In this document: positions 49,010 through 61,735 of the stretch, in pieces
Numbering within the stretch: position 1 is the stretch's first letter
How the letters are laid out: every line of letters begins with the position of its first letter
Assembly (NCBI RefSeq): GCF_004010195.1
Contig: NC_057749.1
Span: 22,478,976-22,542,975, forward strand
Source of the DNA: Chiloscyllium plagiosum
Lineage: Eukaryota
Direction of reading: 5' to 3'
DNA length: 64,000 nt
Program-made: the position numbers and the translations under genes
The notes under the pieces: model-generated
The model's input: the letters and a program-made list of their open reading frames with translations, nothing else
The model's database searches: none
What the model was told of the DNA's origin: nothing

Positions 49010-49118
49010 TTTTCTAATCCACCCGCTTTGAGATGTTATGACACACCTCTGGAGCAGGTGGGACTTGAACCCAGGCCTCCTGGCTCAGAGGTAGGGACAA
49101 TACCACTGTGCCACAAGC
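49010..49118 (-). mobile_element. Short tRNA-derived SINE (second copy at 26315-26410)
   Basis: Minus strand has TGGCACAGTGG A box, GGTTCAAGTCC B box and a GCTCCAGAGGTGTGTCATAACATCTC body. Confidence 0.6.
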
Positions 49119-49671
49119 ATCTCTACCCCTCAATCATGTCACCCCTTTAGCCATCTCTGGTCCAAGGAAAACAACTTCAGCCTCCCCAATCTCTCCTCAT
49201 AGCAACAATTCCCCAGCCCTGGCAACATTCTCGTCAATTTTCCCTGCACTCTCTCCAGAGCAATTATATCCTTCCTGTAATGTGTCGACCAGCATGGCAC
49301 ACTATACTCCAGCTGTGGCCTCCTCGGCGTCTTATACTAGTTTCATCAGTCTATCCCTCGGAACAGGAGTAGGCCATTCTGCCCATTGAGCCTACTCCCC
49401 CATTTAACATGATCATGACTGATTGAACACTATCTCCACAACCCTTAATTTCGTTGATTAAAATAAATCATCCTCTAGTTAAAGTACACTCAAAGACCAA
49501 GGACTAAGCTTCCACACCCCTGGAGAGAATTCCAAAGATTCACCACTGTCTGGGAAAGAAAAATTCTCATCTCACTGCCATTTTAAAAATGTGCTCCCTG
49601 ATCCTAGACTCGCCTGTTTATACCTTAAATATATTATAGGTTTCAATGAGATCACCTCACATTCTTCAAAA

Positions 49672-49832
49672 CTGGCAACACAGCAGAATTAAGTGGAAGT
49701 TCTGCTTAATCTCCTTTCATAGACCACTAGATGTTGACAAGTCTACAAGAGACTGATAATGGGCAGATTTCAATGTGCCAGCATTTACAAATTCAGCACA
49801 GACTTGTCAGTGATTTGAAATGCACTGAGGAG
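49672..49832 (+). repeat. Unclassified repeat of about 160 bp (copy 1)
   Basis: Reverse complement of 51194-51355; interrupts a CR1 remnant. Confidence 0.7.
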
Positions 49833-50036
49833 AATATAGGCCCAGTTTACCTAATCTCCCCTCATAGACCAGTCCCAGTATTGTGGGAATGGGTCTGGGG
49901 AACCTCCATTGCACTCCCTCTATGGCAAGACCTTCCCTGAGAGCAATCCTTGCTTCCCTAGTCTCGCTGCATCACTTGAGTACTGCTAAATAAAAAACAC
50001 ATTTTGTCAAAATTGCACCTTGGAGTTTAGAAGAAT

Positions 50037-50370
50037 CATACAAACCATAAAGTATGGAAGCAGGCCATTCAGCCCATCAAGTCCACACTGACCCTCCAAA
50101 GAGCACAGACCCACCCCTTAAACCTACATTTCCCATGGCCAATCCACCTCGCCTGCATATCCCTGAACACTATGGGCAATTTAGCATGGCCAATCCACCT
50201 AACCTGCACATCTTTGGACTGCGAGATGAAACCAGAGCACCCAGAGGATACCCAGGCAGACATCGGGAGAATGTGCAAACTCTACACAGAAGGTCGCCCG
50301 AGGCTGGAATCAAACCCGGGTCGCTGGCGCTGTGAGACAGCAGTGCTAACCACTGAGCCACTGCGTCACC
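50037..50370 (-). mobile_element. HE1-type V-SINE
   Basis: Minus-strand full structure. Confidence 0.85.
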
Positions 50371-51193
50371 CATCACAAAAATTTACAATAACACCAATTC
50401 AAACCACCATTACTGTTTGAGAGTCGATTGATGATTTTTTTTTGCAAGTGAAGTTTGACTGGAATACGTATTGCCATGGAGAATAAATCCAATAATTCTG
50501 ATTAATAGTTAATTGCCAGGTGTTGTTTACAATTTAAACCAGGCAGGCTCAATCTGATTAGACAGAACATTGCCCTCAGAAGTGAACCAGCCAAAAGCTG
50601 CCACCTAGGTTGTTAAGTTGGAACAGGTACAGTGTAGTTCTTTCTGTTTGCAAAGAACAGGGTCCTGTGCATTAATAAATGTAGCTTCTGCTATACACAC
50701 ATAATTAAAGCTCCTCATCCTTTGCACCAACTTAGGAAATGTCCTTCTTGCCTCATCTCCCTCATGTTGGATGTGGAGAGATTTCCCAATTCAAAGTAGA
50801 AATGAAAGCGTGCAATTTTTACCAACAGTCTGACTGGGATTTCTTTCTTTTCTAACACCAAAGAAAATTTGGAGCAGGAGTAGGCCATTCGGCCCTTTGA
50901 GTCTGCTTTGCCATTCAATATGTCCATGGCTGATCATCCAACTCATACCCTGCTCCCACTTTCACCCTCATACCCTTTGATCTCTTTAGCATTAAGAACT
51001 GTATCCAAATTCTTTACTGAAAATGTGTAGATTAGGTGAATTAGCCACGGTCAATGCGGAGTTAAGGGTTGCTCTGAATGGCCTTTACCATCACAGTAGG
51101 GATTCTGTGAAAACATTGAACTGTTTAGTCTCAACTGCTTTCTGTGGCACAAAACCCACTCTCAGGCTCTGCACTCTCTGGATGAAGACATTC

Positions 51194-51355
51194 ATCCTCA
51201 GCACATTTCAAATCATCGAGGGGACTGTTCTGAACTTGTAATGGTTGGCACACTGAAATCTACCCAATGTCGTTCCCTTGTTGACGTGTCAAAATCTAGT
51301 GGTCTACGAAGAAAGATGAAGCATGACTTTCATTTAAACTCTGCTATGTTGCCAG
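51194..51355 (-). repeat. Unclassified repeat of about 160 bp (copy 2)
   Basis: Reverse complement of 49672-49832. Confidence 0.7.
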
Positions 51356-51601
51356 GGCTGTTGGGTTAGTTTCGCTAAGAGTGAAACTTCATTGTGAATT
51401 CTGTGGCATTTGAACTCTGCTTTGGTTCCATATGCTGAGTGGGACCATCTCAACCACAATTACAAGCTGCCTTAAACATATTTAATTTCTGCTCAAGTGA
51501 TAATATCTTTTAAACAGTGTTAAAAGGTGCTTAAAGCACAGTATTTTTTAAATTCACAAATGTCAATAGGAAAATTCATATCAAAACATGTAACACAATC
51601 A

Positions 51602-52350
51602 AGTCATAGGTGTTCTAGCATGGAAACAGGCCCTTCGGTCCAACTTGTCCATGCCACCCAGTTTTCACAATCAAACTAGTCCCATTTGTCTACATTTGGT
51701 CCATATTCCTCCACACCTATCCCATCCATGTACATGTCCAAATGCTTCTTAAATGATTAAATTGTCTTCGCCTCCAACACTACCTACCAACATAGCCTGT
51801 TTCCAGACACTCACCACCCTCTGTGTGAAAAACTTGCCCATTTTGTATCTCGTCCCTCTCACCTTAAACCTACACCTTTAGGTTTTGACTTCCCTGTTGT
51901 GGGGAAAAGCTGTTGGCTATCAACCTTATCTACGCTTCTCATGATTTTATAAAACCTTTATAAGGTCACCCTTCAGTCTCCTTCTCTCCAGAGAAAAAAG
52001 TCCCAGCCTAACCAACTTCCCCTTATAACTCTAACCTCCCAGTCTTGGTAGCATCCTAGTAAATCTTTTCTGCACTTTTTCTAATTTAATAATATCCTTT
52101 CTCCGGTCGGGCAACCAGAACTGTCCTCCAAATGTGGCCTTACCAATGTCTGTTCAGCTGCAACAAGACGTTCCAACTCCAATACTCAGTGCTCTGGCCT
52201 TCTTCAGCATCCTATCTACCCGTGACTCCACTGTCAAGGAAGTATGAACCTGTACCCAGAGATCTCTTTGTTTTGTAACATTGACTGTGTAAGTCATGCA
52301 TTACTTTGACCCCCCCCCCCTCCTAAAATGCAACACCTTGCATTTATCAA
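51602..52350 (-). mobile_element. CR1-clade LINE 3' fragment (degenerate)
   Basis: Minus-strand 3'UTR and ORF2 C-terminal motifs. Confidence 0.8.
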
Positions 52351-52959
52351 AAGATATATTGCAGCTAGATATGCTCACATTAAAACTTTCTTCTTTATAG
52401 TAAACTCTTCACATTCTAATATACATTGCTTCCCATTCTCGGCGAACTCAATTTAACACTCAGAACAGTCTGGGAATATTTTTAAAACCAAATGTCTTTA
52501 AGTCTATCGTGTACACTGTTATTGTAATCTTTCAACACGCCTCTAATAAGGTATTACTGTCTGCATGCTTTATTAAGAGCTGCTGTTTACATTTCATATA
52601 TCTATACTTGCCTATTAAATTTCTCTTTTAAGTCAATAGACAGTAAGGTATTAAAAGTTTCAATATTAATTTGGCAGCCAGTTTTTCACAGCTCCCTGGT
52701 ATAGCATGATAGATGACACGGTGAGGTGTTATCTCTCAGTGACAGAATCAGTCAAAACGCTTTCCAAAAACAAAACATTTGCTCACAACTACTGAAATTT
52801 TCAATGATCAATTTCGATTTACCTTTGAAACAGGTAAATTTATATATTTGACAGTAGGATGTAAATCTATCTCTTGCACTGACTTTCTGAATGTTTCTGA
52901 GCTTTCATTGAAGTTTTTAACTGAAGGCCTCAGTTTCTGCAACAGGTTTAGCTGCAGAG

Positions 52960-53315
52960 TTCTCCCCAAGTTTTTGTAGATGCGCCATAGAAAGCATTCC
53001 ACCAGGATGTATCATGACTGATACGGCAACTGCTCTGCTCAGGACTGTAAGAAACTACAGAGAGTTGTGAACGCAGCCCAGTCCATCAGGAAAACCAGCC
53101 TTTCATCCATTGACTCCATCTACACCTCCTGCTGCCCCGGGAAGACAGCCAACATCAAAGACCCCACCCAGCCCGGTTATAATCTCTTCCATCAAGCAGA
53201 ATATACAATAGCCTCAACACATGTACCGACAGATTCAAGAACAGCTTCTTCCTCACTGTTATTACACTTCTGAATTGACCCTTCACATTTTAAAGTTAAT
53301 GTTGATCTCGCTCGA
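52960..53315 (+). mobile_element. Rex1-type LINE fragment
   Basis: YGNCSAQDCKKLQRVVNAAQSI; matches 10160-10440. Confidence 0.75.
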
Positions 53316-53459
53316 TATGCAGTAGTGCTAACCACTGAGCCACCGTGCCACCAATTTTAGCATTGGAAGAATTACTCCTGTCTAATTAATTGAATTTTGG
53401 CAATTTTATTTCCAGATTCTCTCAGCTTCTACTCAGTTGCGTTTTGAAAACTATTGGGT

Positions 53460-53878
53460 GAAAAGGGGCTGTTTTCCCTGGAGCGTTGGAGGATGAGGGG
53501 TGACCTTATAGAGTTTTACAAAATTATGAGGGGCATGGAAAGGTTAAATAGGCAAAGTCTTTTCCATGGGGTCAGGGAGTCCAGAACTAGAGGGGATAGG
53601 TTTAGGGTGAGAGGGGAAAGATATAAAAGAGACCTACCGGGCAACCTTTTCATGCAGAGGGTGGTATGTGTATGGAATGAGCTGCTAGAGGAAGTGGTGG
53701 AGACTGGTACAATTGCAACTTTTAACAGGCATTTGGACGGGTATATGAATAGGAAGGTTTTGGAGGGATATGGGCTGGGTACTGGCAGGTGGGACTAGAT
53801 TGGGTTGGGATATCTAGTCGGCATGGACGGGTTGAACTGAAGGGTCTGTTTCCATGCCGTACATCTCTATGACTCTAT
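53460..53878 (+). mobile_element. CR1-clade LINE 3' fragment
   Basis: ORF 53454..53798 reads MRGDLIEFYKIMRG...QRVVCVWNELLEEVVE. Confidence 0.9.
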
Positions 53879-54469
53879 AACTGCCGAAATCTTTACACAA
53901 GTAAAATTTATGCTGACCGTGTTTTTAAAGAGTGCGGGAGAGAGAAAGAAATGGTAGACAATCATTCACTCAAACAATTGTCACATTTGTTTTAGGATAT
54001 CTTTACGTCAGAAAATGAAATAATTTGAATGCCGTCCCTAATCTGGATTAATCTTTCGGTGAAAGTTATGTGCTGTAGTTTGAAGAAAACGAGCATGTTT
54101 AATTAGCTACTACAGTAAATGTAAACATTCCGATCGCCGTCACTTATCAGGAAGAAAGGGGCTGAAAATGGAACTTGAATCTGGAATGTTATTTGTTAGG
54201 GGTGTCTATAGCACTTGCAGTCTGGAAACATTATTGAGTATGCAGCCCTGATGGTGTAGTGTAGCAATCCAAGATACATACCTGAACTTACTGCAGACTA
54301 GAAAGAATATGTAGCAGAGATGTCAACATCCCTGGTCATTGGCAATGACTGGGTTGACTGTACCACTCACTATAGATTAAAGGCACACTTTGATCAGAAG
54401 CAATTATATCACTGTTAATCTAAAGAGTATCTGAATCTCAAATATCACTCGCCAGTCGGAACAACTCAT

Positions 54470-55150
54470 AGATAGAATCATAGAGCACGGAAACCGATCC
54501 TTTAGTCCAGTTAATCCGTACCGACCATAATCCCAAACTTAACTGGTCTGCGCTTGGCCCATATCCCTCCAAACCTCTCTTATTTATCTACTTATCCAAA
54601 TATGTTTTAAATGTAGTCACCGTACTCGCATCCACCACTTCCTCTGGATGCTCATTCCACACAGGAGCCACCCTCTTTCCAAAAATCAAAAGAGAAAATG
54701 CTGGAAAATCTCAGCAGGTCTGGCAGCATCTGTAAGGAGAGAAAGGAGCTGACATTTCGAGTCTAACTGACCCCTTGTCAAAGCTTTGACAAAGGGTCAG
54801 TTAGACTCAAAATGTCAGCTCTTTTCTCTCCTTACAGATGCTGCCAGACCTGCTGAGATTTTCCAGCATTTTCTCTTTTGGTTTCAGATTCCAGCATCCA
54901 CAGTAATTTGCTTTTATCCTCTTTCCAAAAATGTTGTCCCTCTTGACTTTTTAAAATCTTTCTCCTCTCACCTTAAAATATGACCCCTGGTCTTGAAATC
55001 CTCCACTCTAGGGAAAAGACACCTGCCATTCACCTTATCTGTAACTCTCTGATTTTATTAAACTCTGTAAGGTCAGATCTCAACCTCCTACGGTCCAGTG
55101 AGTGAAGTCCCATCTTATCCAGCCTCTCCTTTTAACTCAAACCACCTTGG
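54470..55150 (-). mobile_element. CR1-clade LINE 3' fragment interrupted by a PLE palindrome
   Basis: Minus-strand CR1 end continuous across 54687-54917. Confidence 0.8.
54687..54917. mobile_element. PLE family D loop-less palindrome with 15-bp TSD
   Basis: Arms of about 95 bp meet at TGTCAAAGCTTTGACA; exact TSD CCTCTTTCCAAAAAT at 54672-54686 and 54918-54932. Confidence 0.85.
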
Positions 55151-56047
55151 CGGGCAGCATCTTTCAAACATACAAACACAAGGGCAGCATCATCATTTGC
55201 ATTTCAAAACCCCTAATGCATCACCAACACCCCCAAGACACAAATCATCATTATTAGACAGGAATAATTCTCCCTGGAAAACTAGAATACGAAAAGGCTG
55301 AGATGACATTGTTCTATTAGCAGAATTATAGATCCAAGGTATGAAATCTGTAGCCAGATGTACAGAGCCATAGAGACATACATCACAGAAACACGCCCTT
55401 CCATCGAAGTAGAAACTTCAGCAGAAACTCAAAAACATTCATAACTTAATTCAAGATACACATAAAGTCATAGAGCTGTATAGCACAGAAACAGGCCCTT
55501 CAGTCCAACTCGTCCATGCCCAACAGATATCTGAAATTAATCTAGTCTCATTTGCCAGCACTTGGCCAATATCCCTCTAAACCCTTCTTATTCATATACC
55601 CATCCAGATGCCTTTTATTTGTTGTAATTGTACCACCCTCCACCACTTCGTCTGGCAGCTCATTCCTCACACGCACCTGTCTTTCTTTGAACCATATTAT
55701 TGTTCCTTTATTGTTGGTGGGTAAAAATCCCAGAACTCCATCCCTAACACCCTAAGGATCAGAGTGGAAGCTCACTGTCATTTTCCGAAGGGCAATTACA
55801 TCTGGACAACAAATGCTGGTTCAAAAACCCCATACCACTACAGACGCTGGAAATCAGAAACCAAACCAGAAATTGCTGCCAAAACTCCACAGGTCAAGGC
55901 AACATCTGGAGAGAAAGCAGAGTGAACATTTCCAGTCTGGTGACCCTTTGTCAGAATAAATGCTGAGAAACTCATATAAACACATTGTTTCAAAAAAAAA
56001 GCTTGGGTTCTAAGCATGTAACTTATTTTTGCAGTCAATGATAAACT

Positions 56048-56290
56048 GATTTGGAGATGCTGGTGTTGAACTGGGGTGTACAAAGTTAAAAATCACACAA
56101 CACCAGGTTATAGTCCAACAGGTCTAATTGGAAGCACACTAGCTTTCGGAGCGACGCTCCTTCATCAGGTGATAGTGGAGGGCTCGATCGTAACACCGAA
56201 CTTATAGCAAAAATTTGCAGTGTGATGTAATTGAAACTATACATTGAAAAATTGATTGTTCAGCCTTTCATCTGTTAGAATACAGTGATA
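56048..56290 (-). mobile_element. PLE family B 3' fragment
   Basis: Terminus GATTTGGAGATGCTGGTGTTG...; includes a hammerhead and upstream 3'UTR. Confidence 0.8.
56137..56171 (-). ncRNA. Minimal hammerhead ribozyme motif (family B), intact core
   Basis: Minus strand reads CAC-CTGATGA-A-GGAGC-GTC-GCTCC-GAAA-GC-TA-GTG. Confidence 0.75.
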
Positions 56291-57517
56291 AACTGTGGAG
56301 GTTCTTGATTGTTCATCTCTTAGACTAAGCATCCTGGCAACAGGGCTTTGGCACTTACTCTGAACTGACAGTGCAGGCAATGACGTGCTGGAAAAACCTG
56401 CTTTCTAAAGGGAAACCGCATCTTAATTCACAGTGAGAAGAGGAATACAGAATTCTCCCTCAAACACCTCCATGAACCCAGAGATTCACTGCTGTTGTAC
56501 CTTGAATTATATACATTGGCTGCTGACTGTCACATGAGTAGCCGCAAAAGTTATCGATTAGCAGAGATGCACTTTAGGAATGCCTGTAGATATGGCAGAA
56601 AAATTTCCTTTGGTTATACAGTGTATGTGCCACACCCCTTCCTTAGCTTGCTGTTAAGTGTGTGTGGAGATTTTAAAGATTTCCTAGTGATTGCGGTGAA
56701 AACGTGGGACTTGATTCGGAGGTGAACAGTGCAGATTCATTCAAAGGAGAACAGTACATGAGGGAGAAAGGAATTGTGGAGATGCTGATGGGGTCGGGTG
56801 CAGTGGGATGGAAGGAAGTTTCTGTGCAAGGTAAACACTTGCCCTTGGGCTTAATGTAAACAAGATGCAACACAATGTCATTGTTCATTGTCACCTCTTG
56901 CTGCAATCTTGTTCATTGTAAATGGAATTGCTTCAATGCTAATTTCTCTTTTTGTCACAGCAAGCCAAAATTGCAGAGCACAAGAGGTTCTGTCATGAGT
57001 ATGCCAACTTCACAGTTACAGAATCTTTCACAGCATTGCCAATCTTCTTTAAAACATTGCTGGCTACAGAAAATCAACATGGAAGTAGTTATCTGAATGA
57101 TTCAGTGTATACTGGTAGTGTGTTGGATCCCAGAATGCACGAGGCGTTAAAGAGCATGTGCAGTAATGGTGATCCCATTTGGCTTTCTGACTTGCGAGTT
57201 GTTCAGGAAGTGTGTGAGCCACTCCCAGGACACTAAGCTCTGAGGAAGGGGCACTGGACCCGGAATGTTAACTCTGAAGTGAAGAGTGGAGGGACAGCAC
57301 TGACACTATTGTTCGGGGAGTTGGTGGTGGGGGTAGTGGGTGTAGGGTGCTGGTGGAGAAAAGGTGTTAGTGGTTTTTATTAAGTGATTGGAATGTGAAA
57401 ATGGCAGAACAATGATGTGTCTCCTGCCAGACTTGAGGGCAAGTGGAATTGGGGGATGCTGCCCCCTCCATACTTCACTTCAGCTCTGATGAAGAGTCAT
57501 CTTGACTTGAAACATAA

Positions 57518-57990
57518 TAGAGTCATTGAGCTGTACAGCACAGAAACAGACCCTTCGGTCCAACCTGTCCATACCAACCAGATATCCCAACCCAATCTAG
57601 TCCCACCTGCCAGCACCCGGCCCATATCCCTCTAAACCCTTCCTATTCATATACCCATCCAGTTGCCTTTTAAATGTTGCAATTGTACCAGCCTCCACCA
57701 CTTCCACTGGCAGCTCATTCCATAAACATACCACCCTTTGCGTGAAAAAGTTGCCTCTTAGGTCTCTTTTATATCTTTCCCGTCTCACCCTGAACCTATG
57801 CCTTCTAGTTCTGGACTCCCCTACCCCAGGGAAAAGACTTTGTCTATTTAATCTAACCATGCCCCTCATGATTTTATAAACCTCTATAATGTCACCTCTC
57901 AGCCTCCGTGCTCCAGGGAAAACAGCCCTAGCCTATTCAACCTCTCCCTGTACCTCAAATCCTCTAACCCTGGCAACATCCTTGCAAATC
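57518..57990 (-). mobile_element. CR1-clade LINE 3' fragment
   Basis: ORF 57597..57869 reads RDLRGNFFTQRVVCLWNELPVEVVEAG. Confidence 0.9.
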
Positions 57991-57991
57991 C

Positions 57992-58165
57992 TAGCTTGCT
58001 CTCTCTCCATGGATGCTGCCTGACCCGCTGTGATCTCCAGCATTTGTTGCTTTCAGTACAGACTCCAGCATCTGCAGTAATTTGTTCCTATATTGGCTCT
58101 GATTTTTCTCCATAGATGCTGCCAAACCTGCTGAGCTTTTCCAACAATTTCTGGGTTTGTTTCCA
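57992..58165 (+). mobile_element. Two tandem PLE family D termini
   Basis: GATGCTGCC-GACC-GCTG...CCAGCATCTGCAGTAATTTG motifs as at 54835-54915. Confidence 0.6.
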
Positions 58166-59277
58166 GGGAAACCAAACTTGGCCAATTGAAACCATCAAAT
58201 TTCTGAGTCTTGTTTACAAAATCAAAGAGTAAAACAAATAAGGTGTAAAGTTTGTATAGTGGCCACACATTTTGACATTTAGGTATATTAACTGTTATTT
58301 ACTTACACCTGGATTATAAAGGAAGGAAAGAAACACGTGTTTCTATCAGACCTTCCATAACTTCAAGGCCTTCTCTATTGAATTCTAATGTCTATTGGTA
58401 TAATGTAGGGAACACACCAGTCAAATTACAGACATCAAGGTTGATAAACAGCACTATGACATGGTAATGTGTTTTAATTAACTTGCTTGAGCAACAAAAT
58501 ATTAGCCAAAACGTTGCAGAGCTAATCTTTCCTGCATTCTAATTATCTTAACATAGAACCACACAGTTTTACAGCACAGAAGAAATTATTGCCCTTGTGT
58601 ATATTTAAGGATGAGGTCATTAGATTCTTGATCAGATAAAGGTTATGAGGAAAGGACAAGAAAGTTGACGTGAGGAATTTACTGCTCCTCGGATGCTGCC
58701 TGAACTGCTGTGCTCTTCCAGCACACTAATCCAGAATCTGGGTTTCCAGCATCTGCAGTCATTGTTTTTACCCCGTGGGGATCAGCCTAAATGGCAAAGC
58801 AAGCTCAAGGGGCTAAATGACCTAATCCTGTTCCCATTTCTTCTGGTCATATCATCTCAACAGGTTTAGATTGTGTTCCACATTCTGAGAAGTGGGCCCA
58901 GCATTGACCCCTTGGGTTCATCACCCCAACACCCTTTCATCCAAGCATCATTCATTTCCATCAGAACCTAGTGCCCGGCGAACCCCAGCTCAATCCCACC
59001 TCAACTGAAACAGCTGATCCATTTACCCAGACACTTAATTCCTGGATACATAGTCCTCAGCCGTCCGACCTTCCAGACAAAACTGATTTATCTCAACACT
59101 GACTCCTGAGCATCTCACCCTAATTACTTCCATATGAACAACACCCAATTGACCCCATACTCTAATCCCTCAATCAGTTGCCTATCCTGGCCGTGATATT
59201 TCCTCTAATATCTGAATTTTTCAAATATGTCTCTTATGAGCCTTGTTTTTAAAATTCCACCCAAAACGGACATTTTC

Positions 59278-59735
59278 TTTTGTTTATTCATGGGATGGGG
59301 GCAACATTGTCTAGGCTAGCATCTATTGCCCATCCCTAATTGCCCAGAGTGCAGTTAAGAGTCAACCACATTGTTGTGGGTCTGGACTCACATGTTGGCC
59401 AGATCAGGTAAGGATGACAGATTTCGTTCCCCAAAGGGCATTAACGAATCAGATGGATTTTCCAGTTTGGCGCTGGAAAAGCGCAGCCGATCAGGCAGCA
59501 TCCGAGGAGCAAGGGAGTCGACATTGTAAGCATAAGCTCTTCATCAGGAGCTTCGGCCCATCGAGTCCACACTGACCCTCCAAGCAGCAACCCACCCAGA
59601 CTCTTCATTCCAGATTCTGATTTGAATTCAAATTCCACCATCTGCCATGGTGGGATGTGAACCCGGAACTCCGGCAGATTAGCGGCATTTCTGTATTAAC
59701 AGTCTATTGATTATACCACTAGGCCACTGTCACCC
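59278..59735 (-). mobile_element. Second tRNA-derived SINE family with L2/Crack-like tail, interrupted by PLE and HE1 fragments (59468-59602)
   Basis: Minus-strand TGGCCTAGTGG and GGTTCACATCC boxes; the tail GGGATGGGCAATA is shared with the LINE at 45790-45850; degenerate copy at 31345-31660. Confidence 0.6.
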
Positions 59736-60404
59736 TTACACATAAATGCCATCTCCTCCATGAATCGTAGAATCCCTACAGTGTGGAAGCAGGCCATTCA
59801 GCCCATTAAGTCCACACTGACTCTCCGAAGAGTAATCCACCCAGACCCACCGTTGTAGCCTGTCCTTTATTGATCCAATCATTGCTCTTCCCATAGTAAT
59901 TATGTTGAATTGGAATGCAAGGGGTGGGCATTAACTGGGGGATTAACTCGATCTTTATAAAGCAGCACAAACTGAACTTGGAGTTTGAGATTAGGAGCCA
60001 CGTGCTTCTAAGGTGCTTCTCTGTTAACAGATGGTTGCAACAGTATGTGAAGATGTCTTCTGTTTTATCCTTCACCACTTCAAAGTAAGCTGCATAAAAT
60101 TTGTCAATTCGTTTTAACTAACCACACTGGCTGTCTTTGATTAACCCATAGTTTGGTTTTGTATGAGGGGCAAGAAGTCAAAAGTGAACCCCCCCCCCAT
60201 TTCTCAGTCAATGGAAATGAGGCAAAGTGATACGTTGAATGCTAACTTTTTTTTTGTGAATTGACGCTTCCAAGGTGAAGACGCGTCATGGACTCTTGTT
60301 TGTTTGGATTTCTGATGGTTTGCAGTTATCTAAAAAACAAAGAATCAATGGGGAGAGGGGAATGATATTTTGTTGTACTTTTCAACAATGTGATGATCCA
60401 GGGG

Positions 60405-60660
60405 GGAAAGATGGCGCCTTTGACAATGGCTGGGTCCAGTGTAGAGGGCGACGAAGTGGTGGGGGAAATGGTAGCGCAGCCATCATCGATGATACGCTGG
60501 CTCAAGGCTGTCTTTCAGCTCCTCTTTTTTTTTTTCCAAAGTCCTCATTCGTAAATGATTCAAAATGGCGCCAAAGCATAGCAACAAATGAAAGCTTTTC
60601 ACTGCCTTTCATTATATTCTGACCTTAAAGAACCTGTGACAATAAAATCATTCATTCACA
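60405..60660 (+). mobile_element. Non-autonomous element with Rex1-like tail
   Basis: AAGATGGCG start; AAAGCTTTTCACTG...GTGACAATAAA-(TCAT)n end. Confidence 0.5.
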
Positions 60661-61286
60661 TTGACGGAGAATAGGAGAGAGAGCAGGACAGCAAGGACTA
60701 TAGTATTGGGAGGAAAATGCAATGAGGCTTGTCTCTATCCCGATTTTTTTTTGGCTTTCAGAGGCATTCCTCCCACTGGCCATACCAATCCACCCATTCT
60801 CCCTTACAGCCACGATGTTACCCACTTATCTCGTGCCCAGTTTAACATCTGCCTTTTCTCTTTGTCTGATTGGATCCTCCGGCAGATGGATTGTCGAAAC
60901 GGGTTTGATAGTGTGACCACAAGACATAGGAGTGGAAATGAGGCCACTCAGCCCTTCGATTCTTCTCCGCCATTCAACCATAGCAGCATCAGGCGTTGGA
61001 GAAGTCAACGTTTGACCTCTCCACCCCCTGAAGTTCCCTGGCTGACTGAGTTCTTCCAGCCTTCTGCTCGTCTACCTTGTATTTTTTTTAATTTCAGTTT
61101 TTTTTAAAATTAATTTCAAATTCCATTGGCCACAGTAGGATCTGAAACCATGTCTCAAGACCACCAGACTGGGGTTCCGCATTACTAGCCTTTTGACATT
61201 ACCACTGCATCACCCATCTCCACCTTGTCTACCTTGTATTCAAGCATGTACAGTTTTTTTTGTCTCTGCCATTCAATCACGGCAGA

Positions 61287-61735
61287 TACAAGGATGTTGC
61301 CAGGGTTGGAGGGTTTGAGCTATAGGGAGAGGCTGAACAGGCTGGGGCTGTTTCCCTGGAGCATTGGAGGTTGGGGGAGACCTTATAGAGGTTTATAAAA
61401 TCATGAGGGGCATGGATAGGGTGAATAGACAAAGTCTTTTCCCTGGGGTGGAGGAATCTATTGCTAGAGGGCATAGGTTTAGGGTGAGAGGGGAAAGATA
61501 TAAAAGAGACCTAAGGGGCAACTTAGGGTGGTACGTGTATGGAATGAGCTACCAGAGGAAGTGGTGAAGGCTGGTACAATTGCAACATGTAAGGACATTT
61601 GGATGGGTATATGAATAGAAAGGGTTTGGAGGGATATGGGCCAGGTGCTGGCAAGTGGGACTAGATTGGGTTGGGATATCTGGTCGGCATGGACGGGTTG
61701 GACCGAAGAGTCTGTTTCCGTGCTGCACATCTCTG
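61287..61735 (+). mobile_element. CR1-clade LINE 3' fragment
   Basis: GDLIEVYKIMRGMDRVNRQSLFPG; close to the copies at 15527 and 57518. Confidence 0.9.

Noticed and set aside
49672..51355. Single 1.7-kb DNA transposon bounded by 160-bp TIRs
   Set aside because: The CR1 remnant continues on both sides of the left arm, the interior is ordinary SINE/LINE debris, and no TSD is seen.
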